A stretch of DNA of 59,846 nt, from IMG/VR virus record IMGVR_UViG_3300037502_002383, positions 1-59,846 of that record. The stretch is one strand, 5' to 3'. Positions 1 to 8,753 of this stretch are shown here, one piece after another. This DNA comes from a virus. Lineage: Duplodnaviria > Caudoviricetes. A program made the translations under genes and the position numbers. The notes beneath the pieces were generated by a model that worked only from the letters and a program-made list of their open reading frames with translations, was not told where the DNA came from and made no database searches. How positions within the stretch are numbered: the stretch's first letter is position 1; each line of letters opens with the position of its first letter.

Positions 1-686
1 CTTCTGAAAGTTGCGCCAATTTTGTCTTCCTGTTTCGCCCACCACACCGCGCGCTCTGGCTTGTTGCTGATCAGGCTAAAGATCTGCGCCGGACCTTTGA
101 GGAAACAAAGATCGCAGTTGCCTAGATCCGTGACGCCGCCATGCTCTTGTAGCTGCAGATCGAATGGATTTGCTTGCCAAAAAGCGCGGACATCTGTCTT
201 CTTGACTCCGGCATCTACCAAAGGCAGTAGTAGGCCGCGGAGACGCAACTTTGCAATACGAAGTGACTCATCTGCGCGAACGCCAACCATCGTATCCTCG
301 GATTCAAGGCCCGTTGCCTTCGTGATGACTCTCCCCTTAAGCTCCTCTGAGCAGAACCTAGCCACAGGATTCGGAAGGTATTTTTTCTTCGTTGTCAGTG
401 CATCGAACGGCTCCCCGTTCCTGCTGGCCGTCTTGTAGTCCACCACTGCAAACCCGGTCTCGTCGTTGCGGTACTCAACCCAAGTGATCGGCACGTCCCA
501 GTTCTGCCCGCAGTCACGCACGAACCGTAGCGTTGCCTCGTCCTCCTTGCCGGTGTTCGCAAAGCACACCACAGCATCAGACGGCAGGCCGCCGTTGCTC
601 TGCAGCACGCGCCAGAGCATGTACGCCGATGTTCGGCCGCCGCTGAAGCTGATGCAGGTCGGGCTGTCAATCTTGAACGGATCCAT
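1..686 (-). CDS. PAPS-reductase-family (PP-loop) phage protein; 3' end runs off the window
   Basis: Not in the ORF track. Hand translation from ATG at 686: MDPFKIDSPTCISFSGGRTSAYML...FANTGKE...RFCSEELK...VGVRADE...GNCDLCFLK...GATFR, open to position 1. Confidence 0.85.
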   Translation of the reverse strand, partial: MDPFKIDSPTCISFSGGRTSAYMLWRVLQSNGGLPSDAVVCFANTGKEDEATLRFVRDCGQNWDVPITWVEYRNDETGFAVVDYKTASRNGEPFDALTTKKKYLPNPVARFCSEELKGRVITKATGLESEDTMVGVRADESLRIAKLRLRGLLLPLVDAGVKKTDVRAFWQANPFDLQLQEHGGVTDLGNCDLCFLKGPAQIFSLISNKPERAVWWAKQEDKIGATFR

Positions 687-876
687 GCCTCACCTTTCTG
701 TACGGGAGGCTCGGGCCCAGGCTTTCCAGCCAGCACAGCTGGCACCACACCCCCTCGTGGCCTGGGATGGTGCTCTTGATCACGTACTCCGTCTTCCCGT
801 GCTTGGGGCACGTGGCCTCGGTGCGCATCTGCACGCTCACCGTCTTCTCGCCGGGCCCATACTCTTCATGACTCAT
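667..876 (-). CDS. Hypothetical small zinc-binding protein
   Basis: 69 aa with CPKH...CQLC; overlaps neighbouring genes in the operon. Confidence 0.65.
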   Translation of the reverse strand: MSHEEYGPGEKTVSVQMRTEATCPKHGKTEYVIKSTIPGHEGVWCQLCWLESLGPSLPYRKVRHGSVQD

Positions 877-1135
877 GTTCGCTCCTTAGGATGCGTTGCT
901 CGGCCCAGCGGCGCCAGGACTTGAGCTCATTGTTCTCCTTGCGCAGGCGCTCCACCTCTCCACGCTGGTGGTTGATGATGCTCTGCGCCCTCTCAATCCA
1001 CTCTGCCACCTCTCGGGGCATGTTGTAGCTGGGCTCTGAAAGCCTCGGTGGGGCTTCAAGGGTCTTAGGTGCTACCTTGGCCTTCGCAGCGGGCTTTGCG
1101 GCCTCCTGGGCCTTTGTGGTGCGTTTTGTGGGCAC
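866..1135 (-). CDS. Hypothetical protein (basic N-terminus, coiled coil)
   Basis: 89 aa with AGGAG upstream; same operon. Confidence 0.65.
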   Translation of the reverse strand: MPTKRTTKAQEAAKPAAKAKVAPKTLEAPPRLSEPSYNMPREVAEWIERAQSIINHQRGEVERLRKENNELKSWRRWAEQRILRSEHES

Positions 1136-1145
1136 TGTGGATCTC

Positions 1146-1265
1146 CTAGAAAGGTGCCAGCGGCGTGTTGGGGGGAGGCGTCTTGCGCGGCCTCACCCAA
1201 CCAGGGATCGGAGGGGCCACCGGGTAGTCCAGTGGCACCTTCGGGAAGGGCCAGTTGGGGGTCAT
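1146..1265 (-). CDS. Hypothetical Pro-rich small protein
   Basis: MTPNWPFPKVP..., 39 aa, ATGA overlap with the upstream gene. Confidence 0.5.
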   Translation of the reverse strand: MTPNWPFPKVPLDYPVAPPIPGWVRPRKTPPPNTPLAPF

Positions 1266-1465
1266 GCGAACGTGCCCTCGCGCATCACGTTGCAGCTCTG
1301 GCCGAACCAGTCGCCGTGCTTGACGGAGACAACACTGCCTTGCGGCACGTGCAGAGGTGCGTCCAAGGCACCGTCTGACATGTAGTGCCACATCAGGAGA
1401 TCCCCCCGGTACTGGTCCAAGGACTGGTAGTTGCCAGTGGTCTGGCCGATGTAGAAATCAGTCAT
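1262..1465 (-). CDS. Hypothetical protein
   Basis: GGAGG RBS before MTDFYIG; coupled to neighbours. Confidence 0.6.
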   Translation of the reverse strand: MTDFYIGQTTGNYQSLDQYRGDLLMWHYMSDGALDAPLHVPQGSVVSVKHGDWFGQSCNVMREGTFA

Positions 1466-1745
1466 CGTAGCCTCCGTAGGACATGGCACGGTCGAGCTCG
1501 CAGGAGTCCTTCAGGTCGCGATAGAACTCATCGATCTCAGCGTAGATGCGCGACTCGTCGCGAGGCGTCATCTTCTTCGTGAGCCACTCAGCGTGGTACC
1601 CCTTGCGGTCCAGGATGCTGAACGACACCGTGCCGTGGTAGTCGATGTCGCTCGCAGCGTGGTAGCTGTACGAGCCGACGATGTACTCATCAATGCACAC
1701 GATGCAGGGGATCCCTGCCACTGTGCTGGTGAACTGATCTGCCAT
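1458..1745 (-). CDS. Hypothetical phage protein
   Basis: 95 aa, AGGAG RBS, downstream of a sigma70-like promoter. Confidence 0.7.
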   Translation of the reverse strand: MADQFTSTVAGIPCIVCIDEYIVGSYSYHAASDIDYHGTVSFSILDRKGYHAEWLTKKMTPRDESRIYAEIDEFYRDLKDSCELDRAMSYGGYDD

Positions 1746-1782
1746 CTGTCTCTCCTAAACCTGCCACCGCGGTGGTGCCTCT

Positions 1783-1820
1783 ACTGTAATGGAAAGTTAA
1801 AGGGTGAGTCAAGACCCTTT
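1783..1820 (-). promoter_or_regulatory. Sigma70-like promoter with overlapping inverted repeat
   Basis: Minus strand TTGACT-N18-TACAGT. The inverted repeat AAAGGGT-N8-ACCCTTT spans the -35. Confidence 0.55.
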
Positions 1821-1823
1821 GAA

Positions 1824-3300
1824 TCAGTCAGGCTTCATGGCATTTTGGATACGCCGACCGATCCACCGCACCACCGGCACTGCCCAAGAGTTGCCGAGGG
1901 CCTTGTAGCGCGGGCCGTCGGGGCACTCGCTGGCGGGTTTCTTGCGCCACGGGATGGCGGTGTAGTTGTCAGGGAACCCCTGCAGCCGCTCGCACTCCAC
2001 GGGCGTGAGGCGGCGGACTTGCATCGTGGTGGCAACGCCCTGAGTGCGCCCACCGCGCAGGCTGTAGGCGCATTCCTCGCTGATGTTGCTGCCGACAGGG
2101 CCGCCCGATGCGTGGCTGCGGTTTGTCTGGTCGCCATCGGCTGCGCCTGCGTGGCTTCCGATGGCCCACGCCACCGCCACCGTAGCCGCGCCGCCCTTTG
2201 ACCCGCAGCCCATCGCGTGCGTGCTGCCATCGCTGCTGCTGATCGGGTCTTGTGTGGGGTGGAAAGCAAACAAACTGCCATTGTCCGCGCTTGCGTTGCC
2301 ATTCCACTTCGTGCCGTAGGCCGCGGTCAGGCAGTCAGCGGTTTCGCGGAAGGCCACCGGCTGCATTACCGCCGTCGTCGTGCTGTTCTCCACGCCGCTC
2401 GGGATGCGAGCGCGCAGGCTGCTGGATAGGTCGGTGAGGCTCGCCACGCTGGCCGTGCCATCTGTGCCGTGGAGGGTGATGCCGACAGGCCCATCGAAGC
2501 CGCCCCCGATGGTAGGAATCAGCGTCTCCGATTCCGCATCCAGCCGCCGCTGCCCCCCCCGCGTTGAGGCACATGGAAATCAGTCGCTGTCCTTCGCTGT
2601 TTGTGCCACCGCGGTCAGCGCGATCCGTAAGGGCGTTGGCAACTCTTTGCCCCGCTTCTCTGCTCGGCGCAGTATCCCGGCGCACGCCGTCCCACTCAAA
2701 AAGAACCGCTGCGGGATCGAAGTCTGTTCGAGCACTTGCGACAACGAACACACGGCGGCGTCGTTGGGCCACTCCGAAATATTGGGCGTCGAGGACTCGC
2801 CACGCCACTGCTCTCTGGGGTCCAAGCACGCAACCAGCGTTCGTCCACTTGCCCCCTGGTGGGACGAGCGGATCATCCTCGCCGGCAAGCCCGGCAAGAA
2901 AGCAACCGAAAGCGTTGTCCTTGGTTGAGAGGACTCCGGGGACGTTCTCCCAGAAGATGATGGCAGGGTCGGCGCGGGATTCATCAATTGCATTGGCGAG
3001 CTCACAGAAGACAAGGGACAGATTGCCGCGAGCATCGTCAAGAGACTTGCGCAGACCGGCGACGGAGAAGGCTTGGCACGGAGTGCCGCCGCACAGAATG
3101 TCAGGGGCGTCGATCAGACCGGCGCGAATCTGATCAGCGAGTTGCGTCATGTCGCCGTGGTTCGGCACAGCTGGGTAGTGATGCGCCAGCACGGCGCTCG
3201 GAAACGGCTCGATCTCGGCAAAGCCCATCGCTTCCCAACCAAGCGGGCCCCACGCCACCGACGCGGCTTCAATGCCAGAACACACAGACAGGAACTTCAT
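1824..3300 (-). CDS. C5 DNA cytosine methyltransferase, frameshifted at a G8 tract (2553-2560)
   Basis: Motifs I (CSGIEA), IV (GGTPCQAFS), VI (WENVPG) and VIII (QRRRRVF) lie in the frame from 3300. Motifs IX (RRLTPVECERLQGFP) and X (RYKALGNS) lie in another frame (ORF 1824..2447). Removing one G joins them. Confidence 0.9.
2580..3041 (-). CDS. Alternative-frame ORF nested in the methyltransferase (EcoHK31I-beta-like); start uncertain
   Basis: 153 aa ORF ending ...EWPNDAAVCSLSQVLEQTSIPQRFFLSGTACAGILRRAEKRGKELP...; similarity recalled, not searched. Confidence 0.55.
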   Translation of the reverse strand: MTMLAAICPLSSVSSPMQLMNPAPTLPSSSGRTSPESSQPRTTLSVAFLPGLPARMIRSSHQGASGRTLVACLDPREQWRGESSTPNISEWPNDAAVCSLSQVLEQTSIPQRFFLSGTACAGILRRAEKRGKELPTPLRIALTAVAQTAKDSD

Positions 3301-3372
3301 GTACACCTCTTCGGTGAGGGCCCGGCAGGCGCTCACCGAAAAGGGCCCCGGGTGGGGCACCTCAACGGACGG

Positions 3373-3558
3373 TCAGTCCGTACCGCCGGCGTTCACCAGC
3401 TCGTCCTGTTGTTGCGCCTGTTGCGCAGCGCTGACCTGCGGCTCTACCTGCCGGCGGATCAGGTCGATGTGCGGCTGGGCCTGCTCGTAGGGGAACTTGC
3501 TCAGCGCCACGAGGCAGGCGTTGACCGTGTCCAGGGGGATGTTCAGGCTGACGTTCAT
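3373..3558 (-). CDS. Hypothetical protein
   Basis: 61 aa, GGAGG RBS, ATGA overlap. Confidence 0.7.
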   Translation of the reverse strand: MNVSLNIPLDTVNACLVALSKFPYEQAQPHIDLIRRQVEPQVSAAQQAQQQDELVNAGGTD

Positions 3559-3788
3559 TCGATCCTCCACACCCGCACGCCGCCGTCTGCCTTGCGCACG
3601 GTGAACCGGCGACCCAGCTGCTTGCCGGCGCTCGTAGCTCCGCGGCTCAGGTTCGCTGCGCGAGCCTTCAGGTCAGCGGCTGCAGCCTCAATGAAGAAGC
3701 TGTCGCCCACAACCATCTCGGCCCAGGGGTACTTGCTGTGCCGCATGCGCAGCGGGGGCACGGGGATGCCTTTGTCGATGGTGATCAT
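3555..3788 (-). CDS. Small phage protein (IDKGIPVP...KYPW.EM.VGDSF family), probably DNA-binding
   Basis: Common phage motif pattern ending in GVRVWRIE. Confidence 0.75.
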   Translation of the reverse strand: MITIDKGIPVPPLRMRHSKYPWAEMVVGDSFFIEAAAADLKARAANLSRGATSAGKQLGRRFTVRKADGGVRVWRIE

Positions 3789-4315
3789 GCGAGGAACTCC
3801 TCTTGCACTGCGGTGAAGTCGTCTTCGGCGCGGCTGCGGCCCGACAAGGGCTCGCCGTCGGCCACCTTCTGGACGTTGCCAAGGCCCGCAGCGACGCCGC
3901 GGTTGCCGTTCTGGTTGTAGGCGTAGAAGTTAATGGACACGCGGCCGTAGCAGCCGCTGTACACCTCGTCGGCGCTCAGGATCGGCTGCACGCTGGCATC
4001 GACCACCTGGGGACGCTGCTTGCTGGTGGCGTTGACAAACCAGTGGCCCTTGTACTCAGGCGTGTCGCGCTCGGTGTCACCGTCGCGCAGCGGCACCTTC
4101 AGGCCCGGGGGCACCTTACCGCCCCAGGTAGGCTTCCCAGCCTCCTTGGCGGCCTCGATCGCCGCCTTGATCTTGTTGACCGTGGCGGTATCAGTTTTTG
4201 GCACCAAGACACACACGCTGTACTTGGGCTCTTGACCCTCGTTCTGCGCGCGTGGCTGGAACAGGTTGACGTAGGACAAACGGGCCTTGCCCGTGACGAT
4301 CTTCGTTGCGCTCAT
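3785..4315 (-). CDS. ssb: ssDNA-binding protein, DUF2815 family
   Basis: RLSYVNLFQP, PLRDGD, VYSGCYGRVSINFYAY, GLGNVQK and an acidic C-tail. Confidence 0.9.
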   Translation of the reverse strand: MSATKIVTGKARLSYVNLFQPRAQNEGQEPKYSVCVLVPKTDTATVNKIKAAIEAAKEAGKPTWGGKVPPGLKVPLRDGDTERDTPEYKGHWFVNATSKQRPQVVDASVQPILSADEVYSGCYGRVSINFYAYNQNGNRGVAAGLGNVQKVADGEPLSGRSRAEDDFTAVQEEFLA

Positions 4316-4329
4316 CTGGAGCTCCTTTT

Positions 4330-5508
4330 TCACGAGAAGTCCGCCGCAGCTGATGCGACGGAGTTGAGAGCCGGCCTCTTGTCAGAGTCCGGCACGAGCG
4401 TCGGCTTGCCCGAAGGCTTGACGACGAGATCACCGATCAGCTCGGCGAATTGCTTTTTGCCCAGGCTTTTCTCCATCGCAGTGATGCCCAGGAGGCTGCG
4501 CTCGTAGATCACTTCCGCGGGGATCCCGGCGGCGATCAGCTTCGCGGCCACCTGGTCTTGGTCCGCGTACTTGCGGTTGGCCCTGCCCTCGACCAGCTTC
4601 CAGCCGGGCACGGTGTGGCCGGACTCGGCCTGCGACAGGGCGTAGGTCTTGACGTCCTGGAGCCAGGCGATGGCCTCGTCGGCGCGCGGTAGGATCGCGG
4701 CTATCTGGTCAACGGTGAGCAGTTCTGGAGGGGTGAACTCGCGCTTGGCCAGGGCCAGGTTGTGCTGCGCCCGAGCCGCGCAGGTGTAGCGCGCCTTGCA
4801 GAACCCTGACGTGCAGTGCTCGCCGGCCACGAACTCGCCAGCCCCGTCCCACGCCAGCGTGGCGCGCGGGCGCACGTAGTCGACGGCCCACCGGGTCAGC
4901 TCGTCGACGGTCAGCTCCTCGCTGCTGTAGTTCTGCAGCCGCGGCTGCAAGACGGTGGTCTTCACAGACCGCGCGTCGAACAGGTGACCCAGCTGGTGCA
5001 ACGCACCGAGTGCGTACAGGCGCATCTGGCTGTTGTCGATCGCGCTGACCGGCACACCCTTGCCGCCCTTCAAATCCAAAATATGAATGCACTGGTCGCC
5101 AACGACCACGAGGTCGCCGGTGCCGAACCCCTCGGGCACCCACGGGCTGAAGTCCAGGCGCTGCTCCAGCAGCACGATGCAGTCCGGCGTGTCCTTGCGC
5201 GCTTGCTCGATCACACCTTCAGCGAACGCCACCGCCTCGCGCACCGCCTCGTCCAGCTCGGCTGTCCAGAACCCGTCGGCCTGCAGTTGCCCGAGGCGGT
5301 CCTCGAACTCCTCCAGCGTGATGCGCTGCAGGCTGTTGAGCAGCAGCAACTCGAAGAGCTCGTGCATGAACGTGCCCTCAGCCGCGAAGGTTGAGCGCTC
5401 ATCGGGGAACTGCTCCTCCAGTGTGGCGCTCGGGGTGCACTGCAACCACTTCTTCGAGCCGCTGGCGCTGAGCTTGGCGTGCAGCTTGACGACGGCGGTG
5501 CTGCTCAT
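4330..5508 (-). CDS. DUF2800 Cas4-like/PD-(D/E)xK exonuclease
   Basis: HAKLSASG..WLQC, GFGTGD, ILDLKGGKG, QMRLYALG, HC...CKA..TC, GWKLVEGR. Confidence 0.9.
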   Translation of the reverse strand: MSSTAVVKLHAKLSASGSKKWLQCTPSATLEEQFPDERSTFAAEGTFMHELFELLLLNSLQRITLEEFEDRLGQLQADGFWTAELDEAVREAVAFAEGVIEQARKDTPDCIVLLEQRLDFSPWVPEGFGTGDLVVVGDQCIHILDLKGGKGVPVSAIDNSQMRLYALGALHQLGHLFDARSVKTTVLQPRLQNYSSEELTVDELTRWAVDYVRPRATLAWDGAGEFVAGEHCTSGFCKARYTCAARAQHNLALAKREFTPPELLTVDQIAAILPRADEAIAWLQDVKTYALSQAESGHTVPGWKLVEGRANRKYADQDQVAAKLIAAGIPAEVIYERSLLGITAMEKSLGKKQFAELIGDLVVKPSGKPTLVPDSDKRPALNSVASAAADFS

Positions 5509-5726
5509 ACCGGCGCGCCTTCGATGTCTTGCTTGGGAACCTCGCGCATGAACCACTGCGCAGCGGCTTCGCTGATCTGCTGCGCGTGGGCGGCGATGTA
5601 CGAGGCCACGATCAGGGCCGCCGTCGGCGCGGGCAGATCGGCGCCTGGCTCATGGCCGTCGATGCGGCCCTCCATGTTCAACGTGCCTTCAGGCCCGTCG
5701 GTGATGGTCACGATGCAGGTAGTCAC
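5505..5726 (-). CDS. Hypothetical protein
   Basis: 73 aa, coupled to both neighbours. Confidence 0.6.
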   Translation of the reverse strand: MTTCIVTITDGPEGTLNMEGRIDGHEPGADLPAPTAALIVASYIAAHAQQISEAAAQWFMREVPKQDIEGAPV

Positions 5727-6220
5727 AGGGCGCTCGCCTTCTCCAGCAGCTGCTGGTACTGGGCCGGAGGGATGTCGCTCAGCTTGGCGGCGCCGAGCTC
5801 GGCCATCAGGGCCTTGACTTCGGCGGCCTTGCCGGCGCGGCTGATCTCGGCGAGCTTGGCGCGCACGTCCTCAAGGCTGAGGGCGGGGGCGGCCGGCGCA
5901 GCTGGGGCAAGGATGGGCTCCGCAGGGGTCGGGGCCGGCTCGGGCTCGGGCTCGGGTGCCGGGGCAGGCTCGGGTGCAGGCTCGACGGGTGCCGGAGCGG
6001 CGGCGGTCTCCTCGTCCTTCACCTTCGGCGGGCGGCCGCGCTTCTTGGCCGGCTCCTCCGGGGTGACGGTGATGGTGCCGGTCTGGGCCAGCGCGCTGAT
6101 GGCCTCGGGGTTGAAGGCCATCGCCTCCTGGCTGCGGCGCAGGTCGGCCAGGCGCGCTACGGCGTCGGCCACCACCTGCAGTTCGGCGGCGTCAGCCACC
6201 GTCAGGGTGATCTCGATCAT
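5723..6220 (-). CDS. Pro/Ala-linker protein typical upstream of DUF2800
   Basis: C-terminal LSLEDVRAKLAE...VKALMAELGAAKLSDIP domain after a PE/PA-rich linker. Confidence 0.8.
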   Translation of the reverse strand: MIEITLTVADAAELQVVADAVARLADLRRSQEAMAFNPEAISALAQTGTITVTPEEPAKKRGRPPKVKDEETAAAPAPVEPAPEPAPAPEPEPEPAPTPAEPILAPAAPAAPALSLEDVRAKLAEISRAGKAAEVKALMAELGAAKLSDIPPAQYQQLLEKASAL

Positions 6221-6352
6221 GTGTGGGTCTTTCAGATGGGTCGGTGAGGATGAGGAACCGGGTGAGCAGCTCCTGCATCAGCGGATTGGGTTGGGTGAAG
6301 AGCTCATCGGCCACGAGCCGGATGAGCTCCTCGTCGGTCAGCGCCCAGTGGG

Positions 6353-6577
6353 TCACCACCGGGCCTCGGGCGCGGTCTCGATGGACTCGCTGAGCACCCG
6401 CTTGGCCTCCTTGCGCCGTGCTTCGACGACGCGAGGATCGAGCATGCCGAACGGCCAGTTGGGGTCGACCTTGTAGAACAGCCGACGGATGTCGGTGCCC
6501 GCGGCCGGGATGTAGACGAAACCGGGATCGTCGAAGCGCACCGAGGGCTCGGTGCGGCGTGCTACTTGCACTTCCAT
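6353..6577 (-). CDS. Hypothetical protein, first gene of the leftward operon
   Basis: GAGGTG RBS; FDDPGFVYIPAAGTDIR motif. Confidence 0.65.
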   Translation of the reverse strand: MEVQVARRTEPSVRFDDPGFVYIPAAGTDIRRLFYKVDPNWPFGMLDPRVVEARRKEAKRVLSESIETAPEARW

Positions 6578-6620
6578 GTATGCCACCTCTCTTTTTGTGC
6601 AGCGCTACTTGCTGCTGGTG

Positions 6621-6664
6621 GCGAGTTTAGCTTGCGTCTGCGAACAAACGCAAGCGCTACTTAC
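6621..6664 (-). promoter_or_regulatory. Leftward promoter with two operator-like sites
   Basis: Minus strand TTGCGT-N18-TAAACT, overlapped by GCGAG-N5-CTTGC (6621-6635) and GCAAG-N5-CTTAC (6650-6664). Confidence 0.5.
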
Positions 6665-6686
6665 ATGCGGGAAAACCCGGAGGGGA

Positions 6687-7217
6687 TCAGGTGCGCAGGA
6701 TCTCGACGACCTTGGCCAGGGCGTCGGTGGGTGAGGCCACCGCGTGCAGGTTGGCCGCAGCGGACCCGACCAGGATCAGGTGGGCCTTGCTGGGGTCGGC
6801 GTGCTGCGCCAGGCGCTGCAGCTTGTGCACGAGGTGCTCGGGGGTGGCGGCGAAGACGAACAGGTGCCCGTGCTGCTCCAGGTCGGGCAGGACGTCGGGC
6901 GGGGGAGCGGCTGGGGGCGGCGCCGCGGAAGGGGCAGAGAGCGCGCGGCCGGGGTCCCCGAACTCGCTGGTCAGGCGCCAGATGGCGTTGAGGTCGCTGG
7001 CGTCGTTGAGCAGCCACTCCAGCGGGGCCCGGGTGACCGAGGCGATCTTCACGACGTGCTCGGTGGTGGGCTTGGTCCGGTGCTCCGGCTCGGCCGCCTC
7101 CCACAGCGCAACGGCGCCTCGCGACACGCCGACCTTGTCGGCGAGGTCCTGTTGTGTCATGTCGGCGACGCGGCGCGCCTGCCGGAGTCGTTGCCACAGC
7201 TCAGTGATCGGTGCCAT
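6687..7217 (-). CDS. CI-like XRE HTH repressor
   Basis: RLRQARRVADMTQQDLADKVGVSRGAVALWE HTH; divergent from the cro-like gene. Confidence 0.85.
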   Translation of the reverse strand: MAPITELWQRLRQARRVADMTQQDLADKVGVSRGAVALWEAAEPEHRTKPTTEHVVKIASVTRAPLEWLLNDASDLNAIWRLTSEFGDPGRALSAPSAAPPPAAPPPDVLPDLEQHGHLFVFAATPEHLVHKLQRLAQHADPSKAHLILVGSAAANLHAVASPTDALAKVVEILRT

Positions 7218-7354
7218 GACAGGATAGTGCAAGTGTGGGTAGCTAATTGCAAGAGCATGCATGTCAGAAATGAGACAAGTGTGGGAGCTGACGGGAGTCT
7301 GACGTTCGGTTGCAGCGTTGTCCAGGACAAAGATCACCACCGGGTCGAAGGGTC

Positions 7355-7382
7355 TTGACCGCGATGAAAGCGCCGCTATCAT
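7355..7382 (+). promoter_or_regulatory. Rightward (cro) promoter
   Basis: TTGACC-N16-TATCAT, 9 nt before the ATG at 7392; a degenerate operator GAAAG-N5-CTATC lies at 7366-7380. Confidence 0.5.
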
Positions 7383-7391
7383 CTGGCCCCC

Positions 7392-7619
7392 ATGGACTTG
7401 CAAAACATCATCCGCCGGTTAGGCGGACCAGCGGCGGTAGGCCGCGTGCTTGGCGTGCGCTCGCAGGCTGTCAGCCTGTGGGTGGCCAAGAACAGAGTAC
7501 CCATTGACCGTGTGCCGGCGCTGGTGGCGCTGGGCCGGGCGTTGGGCGTGGACCTGAAGCCGGAGGACCTGCGGCCGGACGTGCAGTGGGCTGCTCTGCG
7601 GTGCGAGGTGTGCGCATGA
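7392..7619 (+). CDS. Cro/YdaS-like HTH regulator
   Basis: LGGPAAVGRVLGVRSQAVSLW...LRPDVQW. Confidence 0.85.
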   Translation: MDLQNIIRRLGGPAAVGRVLGVRSQAVSLWVAKNRVPIDRVPALVALGRALGVDLKPEDLRPDVQWAALRCEVCA

Positions 7620-7867
7620 CCCGCGACGACATCATCCGCATGCGCGAACAGGCCGACGATTGGGCCGAGGAGCATCTGCAATGCATGGGCGAGTTTCACC
7701 CCGACTTCCTCACGGTCAGTGATGAACGCTTCGCCGCCCTTGTCGCCGCCAACGAGCGCGAGGCGTGTGCGAAGGTGTGTGAGCAGATTGACACCGCAGC
7801 GTTTGGCAGTGAAAGACCCAAGCCCAATGACTGCGCCGACGCCATCCGCGCAAGGGGGCAAGCATGA
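7616..7867 (+). CDS. Hypothetical phage protein (EREACAKVC family)
   Basis: MTRDDIIR...EREACAKVCE...CADAIRARG; paralog at 56998-57252. Confidence 0.75.
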   Translation: MTRDDIIRMREQADDWAEEHLQCMGEFHPDFLTVSDERFAALVAANEREACAKVCEQIDTAAFGSERPKPNDCADAIRARGQA

Positions 7868-8145
7868 GCGCGCTGCGTGAAGCTGCTCAGCAGGAGCCGG
7901 TGGCGTGGCAGTACAAGAAGGAGGGTGGCGGCATCTTTGTGTCAGACCAATGTCCCGCTGACGTTGAAGTGTGGAATGACATTGAGTGGAGCAAGCCCAT
8001 CTTCACTCACCCACCCCGCCGCGAGTGGCGCTCGTTGAGCGAGGAGGAGATTTACCCGCTGTACAACGAGCCGAGAAGCGATGCCGAGATGGTTGAGTTT
8101 GCCCGCGCCATCGAGGCCGCTTTAAGGAGCAAGAACCATGAGTGA
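7864..8145 (+). CDS. Hypothetical phage protein (EPVAW / FARAIEA motifs)
   Basis: 93 aa, ATGA-coupled. Confidence 0.75.
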   Translation: MSALREAAQQEPVAWQYKKEGGGIFVSDQCPADVEVWNDIEWSKPIFTHPPRREWRSLSEEEIYPLYNEPRSDAEMVEFARAIEAALRSKNHE

Positions 8146-8356
8146 ACAATCTACCGCCCTGCGGCTGGCTGAACACCTTGACACGCCGCGCATCGGGCAG
8201 CACAAAGCCGCCGCCGAACTGCGCCGCCTGCATACTGTGAATCAGGAACTGTTGGATGCTTTGAAAGGCCTAAGCACTGCGCCAGATCTAAGCGCATACG
8301 GGATGGCTTTGCATAACGCCCGCGCCGCCATCGCCAAAGCGGAGGGGCAAGCATGA
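8138..8356 (+). CDS. Hypothetical phage protein
   Basis: 72 aa, AAGGAG RBS, ends ARAAIAKAEGQA. Confidence 0.75.
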   Translation: MSEQSTALRLAEHLDTPRIGQHKAAAELRRLHTVNQELLDALKGLSTAPDLSAYGMALHNARAAIAKAEGQA

Positions 8357-8520
8357 CCGAAGCCGTACACGTCGTGCCGCTCAATGACCTGCGTGAGCAC
8401 ATTGCCAGCGTGGACTGTTGGTGCAAACCAATCGAAGACGATGATTTTCCCGATGTCTGGGTGCATCACTCAATGGACGGGCGTGAGTCTTACGAAACAG
8501 GAGAAAGGTTGGCGTCATGA
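8353..8520 (+). CDS. Hypothetical His/Cys protein
   Basis: Hand translation MTEAVHVVPLNDLREH...DCWCKP...VHHSMDGRE, 55 aa, ATGA overlaps at both ends. Confidence 0.7.
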   Translation: MTEAVHVVPLNDLREHIASVDCWCKPIEDDDFPDVWVHHSMDGRESYETGERLAS

Positions 8521-8753
8521 CGGAGAAACCAGAGTACGACGCAGCCGTGGAAGCTCTGCGCAAAGCCATGTGTGCCCTGCCGCGCTACTCGTTCCTACTG
8601 AATGGTGGCGGCGTATGCCGGGTTGAGGACAGTTCAGGTCGCTGGATCGAGTGGGACGAAGCACACAAGCTGTTTGATTCCGAGGTGGTGGACTGGTTGT
8701 TGGCAAAAGAGCAATCCCGCGCCGCCATCGCCAAATCGGCGGGGCAAGCATGA
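8517..8753 (+). CDS. Hypothetical protein
   Basis: 78 aa, ATGA-coupled. Confidence 0.7.
   Translation: MTEKPEYDAAVEALRKAMCALPRYSFLLNGGGVCRVEDSSGRWIEWDEAHKLFDSEVVDWLLAKEQSRAAIAKSAGQA

Noticed and set aside
4330-5508. Cas4-like gene as part of a CRISPR-Cas system
   Set aside because: It is DUF2800 in its usual context beside the SSB; no other cas genes or array.
5880-6010. GGCTCG-type short repeats
   Set aside because: They encode the PE/PA linker of 5723..6220.
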